A DNA stretch of 62,586 nucleotides, the filler included, from Pseudomonadota bacterium (GTDB lineage: Bacteria; Bdellovibrionota_F; JAHFAK01; JBDREC01): assembly GCA_043820105.1 (NCBI GenBank). It is 8 parts of 8 records of this genome, joined end to end, with 100 filler letters (N's around TTAATTAATTAA, not from the genome) between each part and the next. Parts side by side here need not be neighbours in the genome. Positions count along the whole stretch, not along the records: positions 26,369 to 49,437 come from JBDREC010000043.1; 7 more parts are not named here. One strand, given 5' to 3'. The notes under the pieces are model-generated. The model was not told the origin of the DNA, did not search any database, and worked only from the letters and a program-made list of their open reading frames with translations. Within the stretch, counting starts at the first letter, position 1. Each line of letters opens with the position of its first letter. A program made the position numbers and the translations under genes. Shown one piece after another: positions 31,333 to 41,732 of the stretch.

Positions 31333-34299
31333 ATGAACTTTAAACTTAAACAGTTATTAACATTATCTTCATTATTAATTGTTGCGATATGTTGGATTGT
31401 AGCTTCAATTAATATCTATTTTTATACTAAATCATTAATTTTAAAGAGTTATAAAAATCATCATGTTGAAAAAACAAAAAATTTACATTCAGTATTAAAG
31501 AATGATATAATAACCGGAAACTATATAAAAGTTAAAATTCAATTAGAGCTATTCGTAAGGCAAACAAATGCAGATATTGCTATTGTATTTGATAAAAATG
31601 AAGTTATCTTAGAATCAGCCACTAAAGATATCTCATTAAATATTTCAACTTTTAACAATAATTTCAGTAATTCAAATCTTAATGAGAATGAAGTAATAGA
31701 ATATGCCTTCTTGAAACATAAGTCTGAAAACATTTTTATATGTTCTTCTCCAATTTTATTTCAAGGGCTGAAAGGCGATTACTTTGGAAAGTTATATATT
31801 GTTTATAATACTAAAGCATTAAATACTCAATTGATAAATTTGATTGTTTTTTTCGCTAGTGTTGTGATTATAGCACTTATTTGCCAATTTTTTATAATTA
31901 ATCTGGTTGCCAATAAAATAATAAACTCAATTTTGTCATTAATATATTCTATAAAAAAATCTGATAATAAGGGGTATTTAACTCCTGTTAAAATTGACAC
32001 GGATATTTTAGAATTAAAAGAACTCTCAATAGAGTATAATAAAATGGTAAAAAAGGTAAGAGAAGCTCACAAGACAATAAAAAACATTACTGCACTTGCT
32101 GCTATTGGTCAAACAACCTCAATGCTTGCTCATGACGTACGCAAACCTTTCACCAGCATGAAATCCATTCTTTCTATGATCGATAAAATTAAGGATAATC
32201 CTAGCTCTTTAAAAAAAGCAAAAAAAACAGTTAATGAAACGATCGCTCATGTTGAGAGCATGATATCTGATATTTTAAATTTTTCTAGAGAAGTAAAAGT
32301 CGAAGTAAATCCAGAGGGAGCTTCTGGTCTAATTGATTTCTCTGTTAGACAAGCTGTCCAAGGACACAAGAATATTTCAGTTGATTTTGAATATGATTTA
32401 AAAAATGATTTGAAACCACTTGTAGATGATGAAAGAATGGCTAGAGTTTTCGTTAATATCATTGGAAATGGCATTGAAGCTCTGAAAAGCCATCAGCCTT
32501 CAGCTATCAGCATTCACCTGGAAAATTCAAGGAGTACTACAAGCTACAAGCCACAAGCTACAAGCTTAATTTGGCTTAAAACTAGAAACTTTATGAAAGA
32601 TGAAAAGGAATTTGTTGAAATAATAATTGGCAATAATGGTCCTAAAATAGCAGAAGAGGATCTAAAAAATTTATTCGAATCATTTTTTACCAAAGGCAAG
32701 AAAGCTGGTACAGGTTTAGGTTTAGCATCAGCACATAAGATTGTTACATTACATGGTGGAACTATTGAGGCAAGGAATGTTGTAGAGAACAAGAGAACAA
32801 GAGCACAGGAGAACAAGAGCGCTAGAGCACCAGAGCACCGGTGCACCAGTATGACAGACACTGAATACCAAACACTGAATACCGAATACAAATCCGGAGT
32901 AGAGTTTGTAATTACAATCCCTGCTTCAAATGAAATTGATAAACATAATTTGGGTATTCTTCCAAAAAACACAGATGAAATACTTTTTGTTGAATATGAA
33001 CCCTTGCAAGAAGACACGGACGAAAAACTAAGTTTTTTATTGAAACAAGAAAAAATAAAAGTAGTTTTATTAGAAGATGAAACGCTTTATAGAGCCTTTG
33101 TTAGAAACACTATTGAAAGCAATGAGGTTCTAAATAAAATAATTACCTTATATGATGCAGATAAAGTTGATGAATGTATAGATCTAGTAAAAAAAGAGTC
33201 CATTGGTTTTGCAATTGTAGATATAGACTTAAATGAAGAAAAAAATGGATATGATTTTCTTAAAGAAATTAAGGATCAGAAAATAAAACTTAATTCAATT
33301 GTTCATTCTAACCGGTATTTAGATGAGGAAATTCAGCATGCATACGACTTGGGTGCTAAATCATATGCGAGCAAACCTTTTTCAACTGAACAGCTTGTAG
33401 ATTTTCTCTATATTAATTTGGGTGGTAAGGTTAAGGAATCCAGAAGGGATAATCAAGACGATCAGGTGCCTAATGATCTTGCTAAAAAGAGCAAGGAAGG
33501 CAAAAAACTAATATGTTTTGTTATTGATGATAACTTTATTACTAGAGAAAATATTGCTATGATGCTGAAAGAACCTTTAGAAGGTTATAATTATGAAATT
33601 AAAAAATATGAGTCGCCATTTGATGCTGAAAAAGAATTTGATGAAATAAAACCAGATCTTGTTATTAGCGATAACCACTTAGGTTGTGATGATGAAATTC
33701 TTGGAGAGGATCTATTAAAGAAATTTCGCGATAAGGAAGATAAGGTTTTATTATATCTTTGTTCTGATGCTGTTGAGGAGTCTTTAAAAGAAAAGGCAAA
33801 GAAGAGTAAAGCAAATGGCTTTTTTCCACCAAATGTAACAAAAGAAGAGTTTAACAATATTATATTATCAGACTTAGAAAAATACTTGAATAAAATAAAA
33901 TCAGCTGACTCAATAACTCGTGAAGAGAAAAAAGCTTTATCAAAATACTTCCATGACATTAATAAACCGATTTTAAATGCATCAATTGTTTTTAAATTGT
34001 TTATAAATTCAAAAGAGGAAGTTTCTATTGAAGAAAAGAATAAACAACTAGAGGCTTTAAAAAATGCATATTCTACATATTCTAAAGTATATGAAAATAG
34101 CAGCAACTTATTTGTTGACTACAAGAACCTTATACATGTAGGGATAAAAGATAATTATTCAAAACAATTTATATTTATGAAAACGCTTCTTGAGTTAGAT
34201 TTATTAGAAGTATTTACTGAGGCTAATTTAAACAGTATAAATGAATTTTCAAAGATGAATAGGGAATATGGGAAAGAAGTTAGAAAAGCTTTATCATAG
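31333..34299 (+). CDS. Membrane hybrid histidine kinase (sensor-HAMP-HisKA-HATPase-REC-REC plus C-terminal H-box-like helix)
   Basis: 2 TM; AHDVRKP H-box; NIIGNG, NNGP, FFTKG, GTGLGL; LLEDE..VDID; VIDDN..ISDNHL; C-terminal HDINKP. Confidence 0.9.
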   Translation: MNFKLKQLLTLSSLLIVAICWIVASINIYFYTKSLILKSYKNHHVEKTKNLHSVLKNDIITGNYIKVKIQLELFVRQTNADIAIVFDKNEVILESATKDISLNISTFNNNFSNSNLNENEVIEYAFLKHKSENIFICSSPILFQGLKGDYFGKLYIVYNTKALNTQLINLIVFFASVVIIALICQFFIINLVANKIINSILSLIYSIKKSDNKGYLTPVKIDTDILELKELSIEYNKMVKKVREAHKTIKNITALAAIGQTTSMLAHDVRKPFTSMKSILSMIDKIKDNPSSLKKAKKTVNETIAHVESMISDILNFSREVKVEVNPEGASGLIDFSVRQAVQGHKNISVDFEYDLKNDLKPLVDDERMARVFVNIIGNGIEALKSHQPSAISIHLENSRSTTSYKPQATSLIWLKTRNFMKDEKEFVEIIIGNNGPKIAEEDLKNLFESFFTKGKKAGTGLGLASAHKIVTLHGGTIEARNVVENKRTRAQENKSARAPEHRCTSMTDTEYQTLNTEYKSGVEFVITIPASNEIDKHNLGILPKNTDEILFVEYEPLQEDTDEKLSFLLKQEKIKVVLLEDETLYRAFVRNTIESNEVLNKIITLYDADKVDECIDLVKKESIGFAIVDIDLNEEKNGYDFLKEIKDQKIKLNSIVHSNRYLDEEIQHAYDLGAKSYASKPFSTEQLVDFLYINLGGKVKESRRDNQDDQVPNDLAKKSKEGKKLICFVIDDNFITRENIAMMLKEPLEGYNYEIKKYESPFDAEKEFDEIKPDLVISDNHLGCDDEILGEDLLKKFRDKEDKVLLYLCSDAVEESLKEKAKKSKANGFFPPNVTKEEFNNIILSDLEKYLNKIKSADSITREEKKALSKYFHDINKPILNASIVFKLFINSKEEVSIEEKNKQLEALKNAYSTYSKVYENSSNLFVDYKNLIHVGIKDNYSKQFIFMKTLLELDLLEVFTEANLNSINEFSKMNREYGKEVRKALS

Positions 34300-34327
34300 G
34301 TTTTAGACATGGTTGAAAGGAGAGTTT

Positions 34328-35371
<1,044 letters not shown>

Positions 35372-35429
35372 TAATTTGAAGGTTGTGTAGAAAAATTAGC
35401 AAATAATTAGCAAAAAAAATATCCAAATA

Positions 35430-35464
35430 AAAAGGACTTGCCAATAATCTTAGCAAGTCCTTTA
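35430..35464. terminator. Hairpin at the tRNA 3' side
   Basis: AAAGGACTTGC-caataatctta-GCAAGTCCTTT. Confidence 0.7.
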
Positions 35465-35473
35465 ATGTCAATA

Positions 35474-35557
35474 TGCCGAGGGCCGGAATCGAACCGGCAC
35501 GCCCTTGCGGACGCGGGATTTTGAATCCCGTGCGTCTACCAATTTCACCACCCCGGC
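35474..35557 (-). tRNA. tRNA-Leu(CAA)
   Basis: GCCGGGG acceptor stem, TGGTAGAC D-arm, CGGGA-TTCAAAA-TCCCG anticodon arm, long variable arm, GGTTCGATTCC T-arm; CCA not encoded. Confidence 0.95.
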
Positions 35558-35560
35558 TAG

Positions 35561-35716
35561 GGGAAATTACAAATAACAAATTCCAAATTACAAAAAAGGA
35601 GAATAAATTCACCCTTATTATGGGAAATTACAAATAACAAATTCCAAATTACAAAAAAGGAGAATAAATTCACCCTTATTATGGGAAATTACAAATAACA
35701 AATTCCAAATTACAAA
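35561..35716. repeat. 61-bp tandem repeat (about 2.5 copies) carrying an AAATTAC-type heptamer array
   Basis: Unit gggaaattacaaataacaaattccaaattacaaaaaaggagaataaattcacccttattat starts at 35561, 35622 and 35683. Confidence 0.9.
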
Positions 35717-35739
35717 TAAAAATTCGATGAATCAAGAAA

Positions 35740-36099
35740 TTATTCGGATTTTTTTATTATTGATGAAAGAATATTTCTTAGTTCTTTTGATTCTGTTATA
35801 AATTCATCAGCATCACCTGAATAATTTTGATTTGCTTCTTTTAAAAGTTCCAGCCAATATGTGCTTTCTTTGCATTCTTTCCTAGAGATTTTCATTCTGT
35901 ATAAAAAATCTTTCTTGCTAATAGCATCATTAGCTTCTCTATAATTGGCACCAACTGATCCAGATGCATTTACAAGTTGACCTATTAACTTGATGTTGAT
36001 CGTGCTATTAGGAATTTTCTTGCATAAACGAATAATTCCCTTTGCATACTCTAATGTTCTTTCCTCTAGGTCGTATGGCTTAATATTTTTTGATACCAT
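35740..36099 (-). CDS. Four-helix-bundle protein (TIGR02436-like)
   Basis: YDLEERT..QLVNASGSVGANYREANDAISKKDF..ISRKECKESTYWL; likely start MVSKN at 36099. Confidence 0.9.
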   Translation of the reverse strand: MVSKNIKPYDLEERTLEYAKGIIRLCKKIPNSTINIKLIGQLVNASGSVGANYREANDAISKKDFLYRMKISRKECKESTYWLELLKEANQNYSGDADEFITESKELRNILSSIIKKSE

Positions 36100-36148
36100 T
36101 GTAATTTGTGTATTATTTGTCATTTGTTATTTGAAATTTGTGATTTTC
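36098..36148. repeat. Heptamer array inverted relative to 35561-35716
   Basis: atttgtc-atttgtt-atttgaa-atttgtg-att. Confidence 0.8.
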
Positions 36149-36150
36149 TC

Positions 36151-37467
36151 CTACTCCTCGTAATATTCCATCCCAAGATGCGTAATAAGCTCTTCACCCA
36201 TTACATATCTCATAGTATTTTTAAGCTTTGTCATTTGAATGAATAAATCATGTTCTGGATACAGGCCTTCAGCGTGTTGAGGGCTTTTCCAGTAAAATGA
36301 AAGCCATTCTTGAATGCCCTTCATTCCTGCTCTTTTTGCAAAGTCAGTGAGTAAAACTAAATCAAGAACTAAGGGAGCTGCTAAGATTGAATCTTTACAT
36401 AGGAAATCAATCTTGATTTGCATGTTATGATTTAGCCATCCAAAGATATCAATATTATCCCAACCTTCTTTATTATCGCCTCTTGGAGGATAGTAATTAA
36501 TTCTTACTTTATGATAATAATTTCCATAAAGATCTGGATAATTATGTGGTTCTAAAATTTGATCAAGAACTGATAATTTTGAAACTTCTTTTGTTTTAAA
36601 AGCATCAGGATCATCAAGGACTTCACCATCTCTGTTACCTAAGATGTTTGTTGAAAACCATCCGTTTAGTCCTAGCATTCTTGCTTTTAAGCCAGGTGCT
36701 ATGATTGTTTTCAGTAAAGTTTGGCCTGTTTTGAAATCTTTTCCGCCAACTGGAACTTGATTTTTATTTGCAAGTTCTAGTAAAGCAGGAGTATCAACTG
36801 TTAAATTGGGGGCTCCATTTAGATAAGGAATGCCTAATTTTAAAGCAGCATAAGCATAAATCATGCTAGGGCTGATTGCTGGATCACTTTCAGCTAAGCC
36901 CTTTTCAAAACTTTCAAGACTTGAGTGAACTGCTGATTTCTCAATGTAAACTTCTGTTGATCCACACCAAATCATAACAAATCTAGAAATGTTTTTTTCT
37001 TTTTTTACATTTTCAATATCTTGCATTAGCTGCTCTGCAAGTTCCATTTTATTCTTGCCTTCTTTTATCCATGTTCCATTTAGATTTTTAACATATTTGT
37101 GATCAAAAACAGCTTTCATTGGTTTAATGCAATCTATTTCTTCTTTTACTGATTCAATAATTGATGGTTGAATAACATGATTTTTCTTTGCTGTTTCATA
37201 AACTGAATCTTCGAAAATATCCCAACCTGCAAACTCAATATCACTTAAGTTTGCTAAAGGTAAAAAATCTTTTATAAGAGGGGTATTTTTATCTGTTCTT
37301 TTGCCAAGTCTAATTGTTCCCATTTGTGTAAGTGAGCCAATTGGCTTTCCAATGCCTTTTTGAATTGCCTTACAACCAATAATAAAAGTAGTACTAACAG
37401 CACCAAGGCCTGGTATTAAAACACCAAGTTTTCCTTCAGCTTTTTCAACGTTGAATTTTTTTTCCAT
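36151..37467 (-). CDS. ino1: Myo-inositol-1-phosphate synthase
   Basis: GLGAVSTT, WCGSTE, NGAPN, GKDFKTGQT, STNILGNRDG, CKDSILAAPL. Confidence 0.93.
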   Translation of the reverse strand: MEKKFNVEKAEGKLGVLIPGLGAVSTTFIIGCKAIQKGIGKPIGSLTQMGTIRLGKRTDKNTPLIKDFLPLANLSDIEFAGWDIFEDSVYETAKKNHVIQPSIIESVKEEIDCIKPMKAVFDHKYVKNLNGTWIKEGKNKMELAEQLMQDIENVKKEKNISRFVMIWCGSTEVYIEKSAVHSSLESFEKGLAESDPAISPSMIYAYAALKLGIPYLNGAPNLTVDTPALLELANKNQVPVGGKDFKTGQTLLKTIIAPGLKARMLGLNGWFSTNILGNRDGEVLDDPDAFKTKEVSKLSVLDQILEPHNYPDLYGNYYHKVRINYYPPRGDNKEGWDNIDIFGWLNHNMQIKIDFLCKDSILAAPLVLDLVLLTDFAKRAGMKGIQEWLSFYWKSPQHAEGLYPEHDLFIQMTKLKNTMRYVMGEELITHLGMEYYEE

Positions 37468-37494
37468 TTAAATGTACTCCTTAATTTTAATAAG

Positions 37495-37556
37495 TGATGA
37501 GTTGTGAGTTGTGAGTTATTTTTAAGCTTACAGCTTACAGCTTATAACTTATAGCT
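37495..37556. repeat. Inverted heptamer arrays upstream of ino1
   Basis: tgagttg-tgagttg-tgagtta ... agcttac-agcttac-agcttat-aacttat-agc. Confidence 0.85.
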
Positions 37557-37707
37557 TTTTTAATAAGGATTAGTTGACTATAATAATCAAAATCTAAAAT
37601 CAAGATAAATTGGATACGTTTTTCAATAATTAATATAAATATGTTGATTAACAAATTTTCCTTTACTATAATTTATAAAATTTCAAAATAAAATTGAGGT
37701 ATTTCAA

Positions 37708-38964
37708 TTGAGTATTGAAGACGAAAAATTATTGGTCGATTTTCTCACTGGCGATTATAAACTTGAAGAACCTGAAAAAAGAAGAATATCATCATTGATC
37801 ATTACATCTCCTAAAAGTGCGAGCAGGTCTTTGTTTGAAGCCGCACAAAAAAACGAAGATTATTCTGAAAAAATTGAGAATCTATCGAGTCAAATCGCGG
37901 GTTTATTAACGGTAATTATTGCACTTTTTGAAGATGTTGGCAAGATTTGGCATCAACATATTGATGAATTTAAAGATCTAATTATTAATTTTGATCTAAA
38001 ATATCATCCAATTTTATTTAGAGAAGGATTAGATGATATTAATGATGGTGAATTTGTTAAGGAAATTGCCAGCAACTTAAGTGATACAGAAATTACAAAA
38101 ATTTTAGTTCAATCCATTGTTGGTGAAGATTCTCATGACGATATTAGATCATTAACACTTTTTCTTGCTTCAACAATTGAAAAAAGAAAGCAGCTTTATC
38201 CAATTTTAATTAAAGAATTAAAGGCAAGTGGCATTTCTGGAGAAGCTCTTTCTAGAATTACAGATGATCCACTTTGGAGTGAACTATCTTTTTCTGATAA
38301 AACAACTTTACTGTTAAAAGATGATGTCTCAGGATTTGGTGATATTGATGAAGTTAGATCAGTATTAAAAGAACTTCTCTCCCAAAAAGAAGTCGAAAAA
38401 GCAGATGTTATTATTAATAAGGTTATTGCCTTGCTTGTTTCAACAAATCCCCACATTAGAATTACTGCGATTCAAGCATTGTCAGAAGCATTAGATTTAT
38501 TTCAATATTATGATATCCCTGAAGGCACGATAACAAGAATTATTAATCTTGTTACAGATCGCCTGGAAGATCCTGATCGTGAAGTTCGTTTTTTGGCTTT
38601 AGAAGTTGTTGAAAATCATGGCACGAACTATGCTTTGGATTATCTTATGAGAATGTTAAAGAAGAAGGGAATGTTTTCAAAAACAGAAGATGATGAAATA
38701 AGAAAAAAAGCGATCATGGTTGTAGGTCGTTTAGGTAAACCTGATATGGTGATTCCAGAGCTTTCAAAACTGGTTAAAGCTAAAAGTTTTTTAACGGTTT
38801 TAGAAAATACAGATATTAGAATTTGTGCTGTTAAGGCACTTGCTAAAATTGGCACAGAAGCGGCTCGAGATATCTTAACTGTGGTTGCAAAAAACGATTC
38901 TCGTGAAATCGTTAGAAAAGAAGCACAAAAGGGTCTTGAGTCCATAGAAGAAGAAATTTGGTAA
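37708..38964 (+). CDS. HEAT-repeat protein
   Basis: LEDPDREVRFLALEVV, EIRKKAIMVVGRLG, DIRICAVKALAKIG repeats. Confidence 0.8.
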   Translation: MSIEDEKLLVDFLTGDYKLEEPEKRRISSLIITSPKSASRSLFEAAQKNEDYSEKIENLSSQIAGLLTVIIALFEDVGKIWHQHIDEFKDLIINFDLKYHPILFREGLDDINDGEFVKEIASNLSDTEITKILVQSIVGEDSHDDIRSLTLFLASTIEKRKQLYPILIKELKASGISGEALSRITDDPLWSELSFSDKTTLLLKDDVSGFGDIDEVRSVLKELLSQKEVEKADVIINKVIALLVSTNPHIRITAIQALSEALDLFQYYDIPEGTITRIINLVTDRLEDPDREVRFLALEVVENHGTNYALDYLMRMLKKKGMFSKTEDDEIRKKAIMVVGRLGKPDMVIPELSKLVKAKSFLTVLENTDIRICAVKALAKIGTEAARDILTVVAKNDSREIVRKEAQKGLESIEEEIW

Positions 38965-39004
38965 AAAATTATTTATAAGTATAAGTAAATATAAGGGAGA
39001 TTAA

Positions 39005-39487
39005 ATGTCAGTAAAAGAAATTATTGAAAACCTATCCTTGTTTAATGGTTTAAGAGATGAAGAATTAAATACTATGGTTAAAATATCACAAGTTACAAAC
39101 TATCCTCCTGGAAGTGTTATTATTGAAGAGGGTTCAGAAGGTGATTCTCTAATGATTATTAACAAAGGTTCGGTTGATGTTATTCAAAAACTAGATAATG
39201 ATGATCATAATATTAAGCTTGCTACTTTAGGCAAGGGAACCTTCTTTGGGGAAATGGCTTTAATTGATGTTGCCACTAGATCAGCTACAGTTGTTGCTAA
39301 AGAAGAAACAGAAGTTATTACCATTATGCAAGAAGATGTTAGTGCATTGCTTGAAGGTGAAGAAGGCTTAAAATACATCCCTATACTTGTAAATATTGCC
39401 AGAGGAATGAGCACAAAACTCAGAAAAGCAAATGAGTCTTTAAGTGCTATTTCAGATATTTTAAAGAAATATTATTATTCAATCTAG
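39005..39487 (+). CDS. Stand-alone cyclic nucleotide-binding domain protein
   Basis: IIEEGSEGD..GSVDV..FFGEMALID..RSATVVA. Confidence 0.9.
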   Translation: MSVKEIIENLSLFNGLRDEELNTMVKISQVTNYPPGSVIIEEGSEGDSLMIINKGSVDVIQKLDNDDHNIKLATLGKGTFFGEMALIDVATRSATVVAKEETEVITIMQEDVSALLEGEEGLKYIPILVNIARGMSTKLRKANESLSAISDILKKYYYSI

Positions 39488-39496
39488 GAGATTCTG

Positions 39497-40339
39497 TTGG
39501 CTAGTATATTAGGTTTACTTGCTGCTTCTGCTATATTTTTTGTAGCATTATATTATGGCACTGATAAAAATTATAAAGTTTTTTGGAATCCGGCTGGGCT
39601 TGCTATTGTTCTTGGAGGAACTTTTGCCGCGACCATGGTCTGTTTTCCATTAAATGAGCTTTTCAAGGCATCAAAGGTTTTGCTATTAATTTTTAAGAAA
39701 GAAACCTTTAAATTCGCTGATTACATTCATGAAATCACATCACTTGCCAAGCAGGTCAGAGAAGTTAAGAGTTATGAAAGCATTGATATGAGCCATATTT
39801 CTGATGTTTTCTTAAAAGATGGTATTCAAATGTTGAAAGATGGTATTCATAACTCTGATGAAATTCGTGAAATAATGGAAACTCGGGTTGCTTACAAAAA
39901 AAGCAGAGAAAATGCTGAAGCTCACATATTTCTTACCATGGGAAAACTTGCCCCTGCTTTTGGGATGGTTGGAACTCTGATTGGTTTGATTGATATGCTG
40001 CAAAAAATGGGAGGGCAACTTGATAAGCTTGGCGCTGGTATGGCTGTTGCTTTGATTACAACCTTTTATGGAGTTGTGCTAGCAAACCTTTGCTTTTTGC
40101 CCATTGCAGAAAAACTAAAGCGGCGTACTGAAGAAGACGTAATTTTTAAAATGATGATTATTGAAGGAATTATTCTTTTAAATGAATTTCAACATCCATT
40201 TGTTGTTGAGGACAGATTGAATTCATATGTTCCTCCTAAGAAAAGACAAGATTCTACATCCCTAGATGGTCTCCATATTACCTTGGGTGATGGATCTGAT
40301 GATGATGACGATAAAGAAGCAGAAGAGGGCGAAGAATAA
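39497..40339 (+). CDS. motA: MotA/PomA-family stator subunit
   Basis: IVLGGT, APAFGMVGTLIGL, MAVALITTFYG..ANL. Confidence 0.88.
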   Translation: MASILGLLAASAIFFVALYYGTDKNYKVFWNPAGLAIVLGGTFAATMVCFPLNELFKASKVLLLIFKKETFKFADYIHEITSLAKQVREVKSYESIDMSHISDVFLKDGIQMLKDGIHNSDEIREIMETRVAYKKSRENAEAHIFLTMGKLAPAFGMVGTLIGLIDMLQKMGGQLDKLGAGMAVALITTFYGVVLANLCFLPIAEKLKRRTEEDVIFKMMIIEGIILLNEFQHPFVVEDRLNSYVPPKKRQDSTSLDGLHITLGDGSDDDDDKEAEEGEE

Positions 40340-40362
40340 TTTATATATTTTAGGTAATTTAA

Positions 40363-41046
40363 ATGTCCGAACATAAGAGAAAAAATAGATTCACTGAAAT
40401 GACCCAAGAAGGTGATGATTCAGGTAGCTGGGCACTTTCCTACGGTGATATGATGACCCTCTTGCTTTGTTTCTTTATTTTAATTGTATCTGTTTCAACT
40501 ATTAATCAACAAAAATTCGAAGAAGTAGCAGCTTCTATGGCAAAGGGTATGAGTAAGAAAAAAGCAAAACCTCTTGATGAAACAGTTAGAAAAGTTCAGG
40601 AAATGATTGTTGAAGACAAGCTTGAAAATCAGGTTGATACTGAGATGTCACCAGAAGGGGCTAAAATTAGTCTTTTAGGAAAAACTTTATTTAATACAGG
40701 ACAGGCAAAAATTAATGAGGCAGCCTATCCAATTCTAGATAAGATAATTGGCATTTTAAAAGCAGATCAGTTTAATCACTATATAGTTGTTGAAGGTCAT
40801 ACAGATAATGTGCCCATTAACACAGATCAGTTTCCCTCTAATTGGGAGTTGTCAGCAGCTAGATCTAGTACAATAATTAGATATTTATCAACAAATGGTT
40901 TAGATCCATATAAATGCAAAGCTGTAGGCTACGCAGATACTTTGCCAAAAGTTCCTAACGAAGACACTGAAGGAAATGCTATCCCCGAAAATCAAGCTAT
41001 CAATCGAAGAGTTATCATTAAATTAACAAAGAATTTAAAGGAGTAA
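40363..41046 (+). CDS. motB: MotB-family stator subunit
   Basis: WALSYGDMMTLLLCFFIL; VEGHTDNVPI; NWELSAAR; NRRV. Confidence 0.9.
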   Translation: MSEHKRKNRFTEMTQEGDDSGSWALSYGDMMTLLLCFFILIVSVSTINQQKFEEVAASMAKGMSKKKAKPLDETVRKVQEMIVEDKLENQVDTEMSPEGAKISLLGKTLFNTGQAKINEAAYPILDKIIGILKADQFNHYIVVEGHTDNVPINTDQFPSNWELSAARSSTIIRYLSTNGLDPYKCKAVGYADTLPKVPNEDTEGNAIPENQAINRRVIIKLTKNLKE

Positions 41047-41067
41047 AACTCCGGAATTAGAACCGCT

Positions 41068-41568
41068 CTATATAAAATATCGTTTCATTTCCTTGATTCT
41101 AAAATCCTTATCTAAAATGGTTATGCAGAATTGCTTATCTTCTATTTCTAAAATTCCAAATGTAGCAATTTGATCTCTGTGAAATTTATCTTTTAAGTGA
41201 CCCGGGTTTATAAAAAACATACCATTTTCTTTTCCAACATAATATTTATGAGTGTGTCCAAAAAGAAGAATTTGTGTTGAATCTATATCTTCATCTAATA
41301 ATATTTCTTTATTATGAACAAGGCAAATATTCGCTGAAAATAATTTGTCATATGCAATCTTTGCTATGCTTAAATCATCATACTCAGGGCAATAAAGTCC
41401 AGGTACTTTGATAATTTGAGCATCTGTTTTGATTTTATCAGGATCAGAAAAATTATCACCAAGATGATACAATTTATCAATTTTAATTGTATCATTTAAA
41501 TACACCATAATTTCAGAAAAAAGTCCTATATTGCCATGTGTATCGCTAATTATTCCTGCTTTGATCAT
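41068..41568 (-). CDS. YfcE-like metallophosphoesterase
   Basis: IISDTHGN, HLGD, FGHTH, INPG; likely start at 41568. Confidence 0.85.
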   Translation of the reverse strand: MIKAGIISDTHGNIGLFSEIMVYLNDTIKIDKLYHLGDNFSDPDKIKTDAQIIKVPGLYCPEYDDLSIAKIAYDKLFSANICLVHNKEILLDEDIDSTQILLFGHTHKYYVGKENGMFFINPGHLKDKFHRDQIATFGILEIEDKQFCITILDKDFRIKEMKRYFI

Positions 41569-41732
41569 TGTTTTGCCTAATAAAGTTCTTATTGATAAAA
41601 ATATTATTTTATTTGGAATATTTTTACAAGCTACTTTTACAGAAATTTCAACTTTTACCTGTTGACATGTTGCGCTAAATATGAGAAAAACCAATCCAAA
41701 TGAAGCAAACATGTTACTGCTTGGGAGATATT

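Noticed and set aside
35561-35716. Possible CRISPR array
   Set aside because: Units are identical end to end with no unique spacers, and no cas genes are present.
39497-41046. Second Zorya ZorAB pair
   Set aside because: MotA lacks the long ZorA tail, motifs are stator-like, and no zorC/D/E is adjacent.
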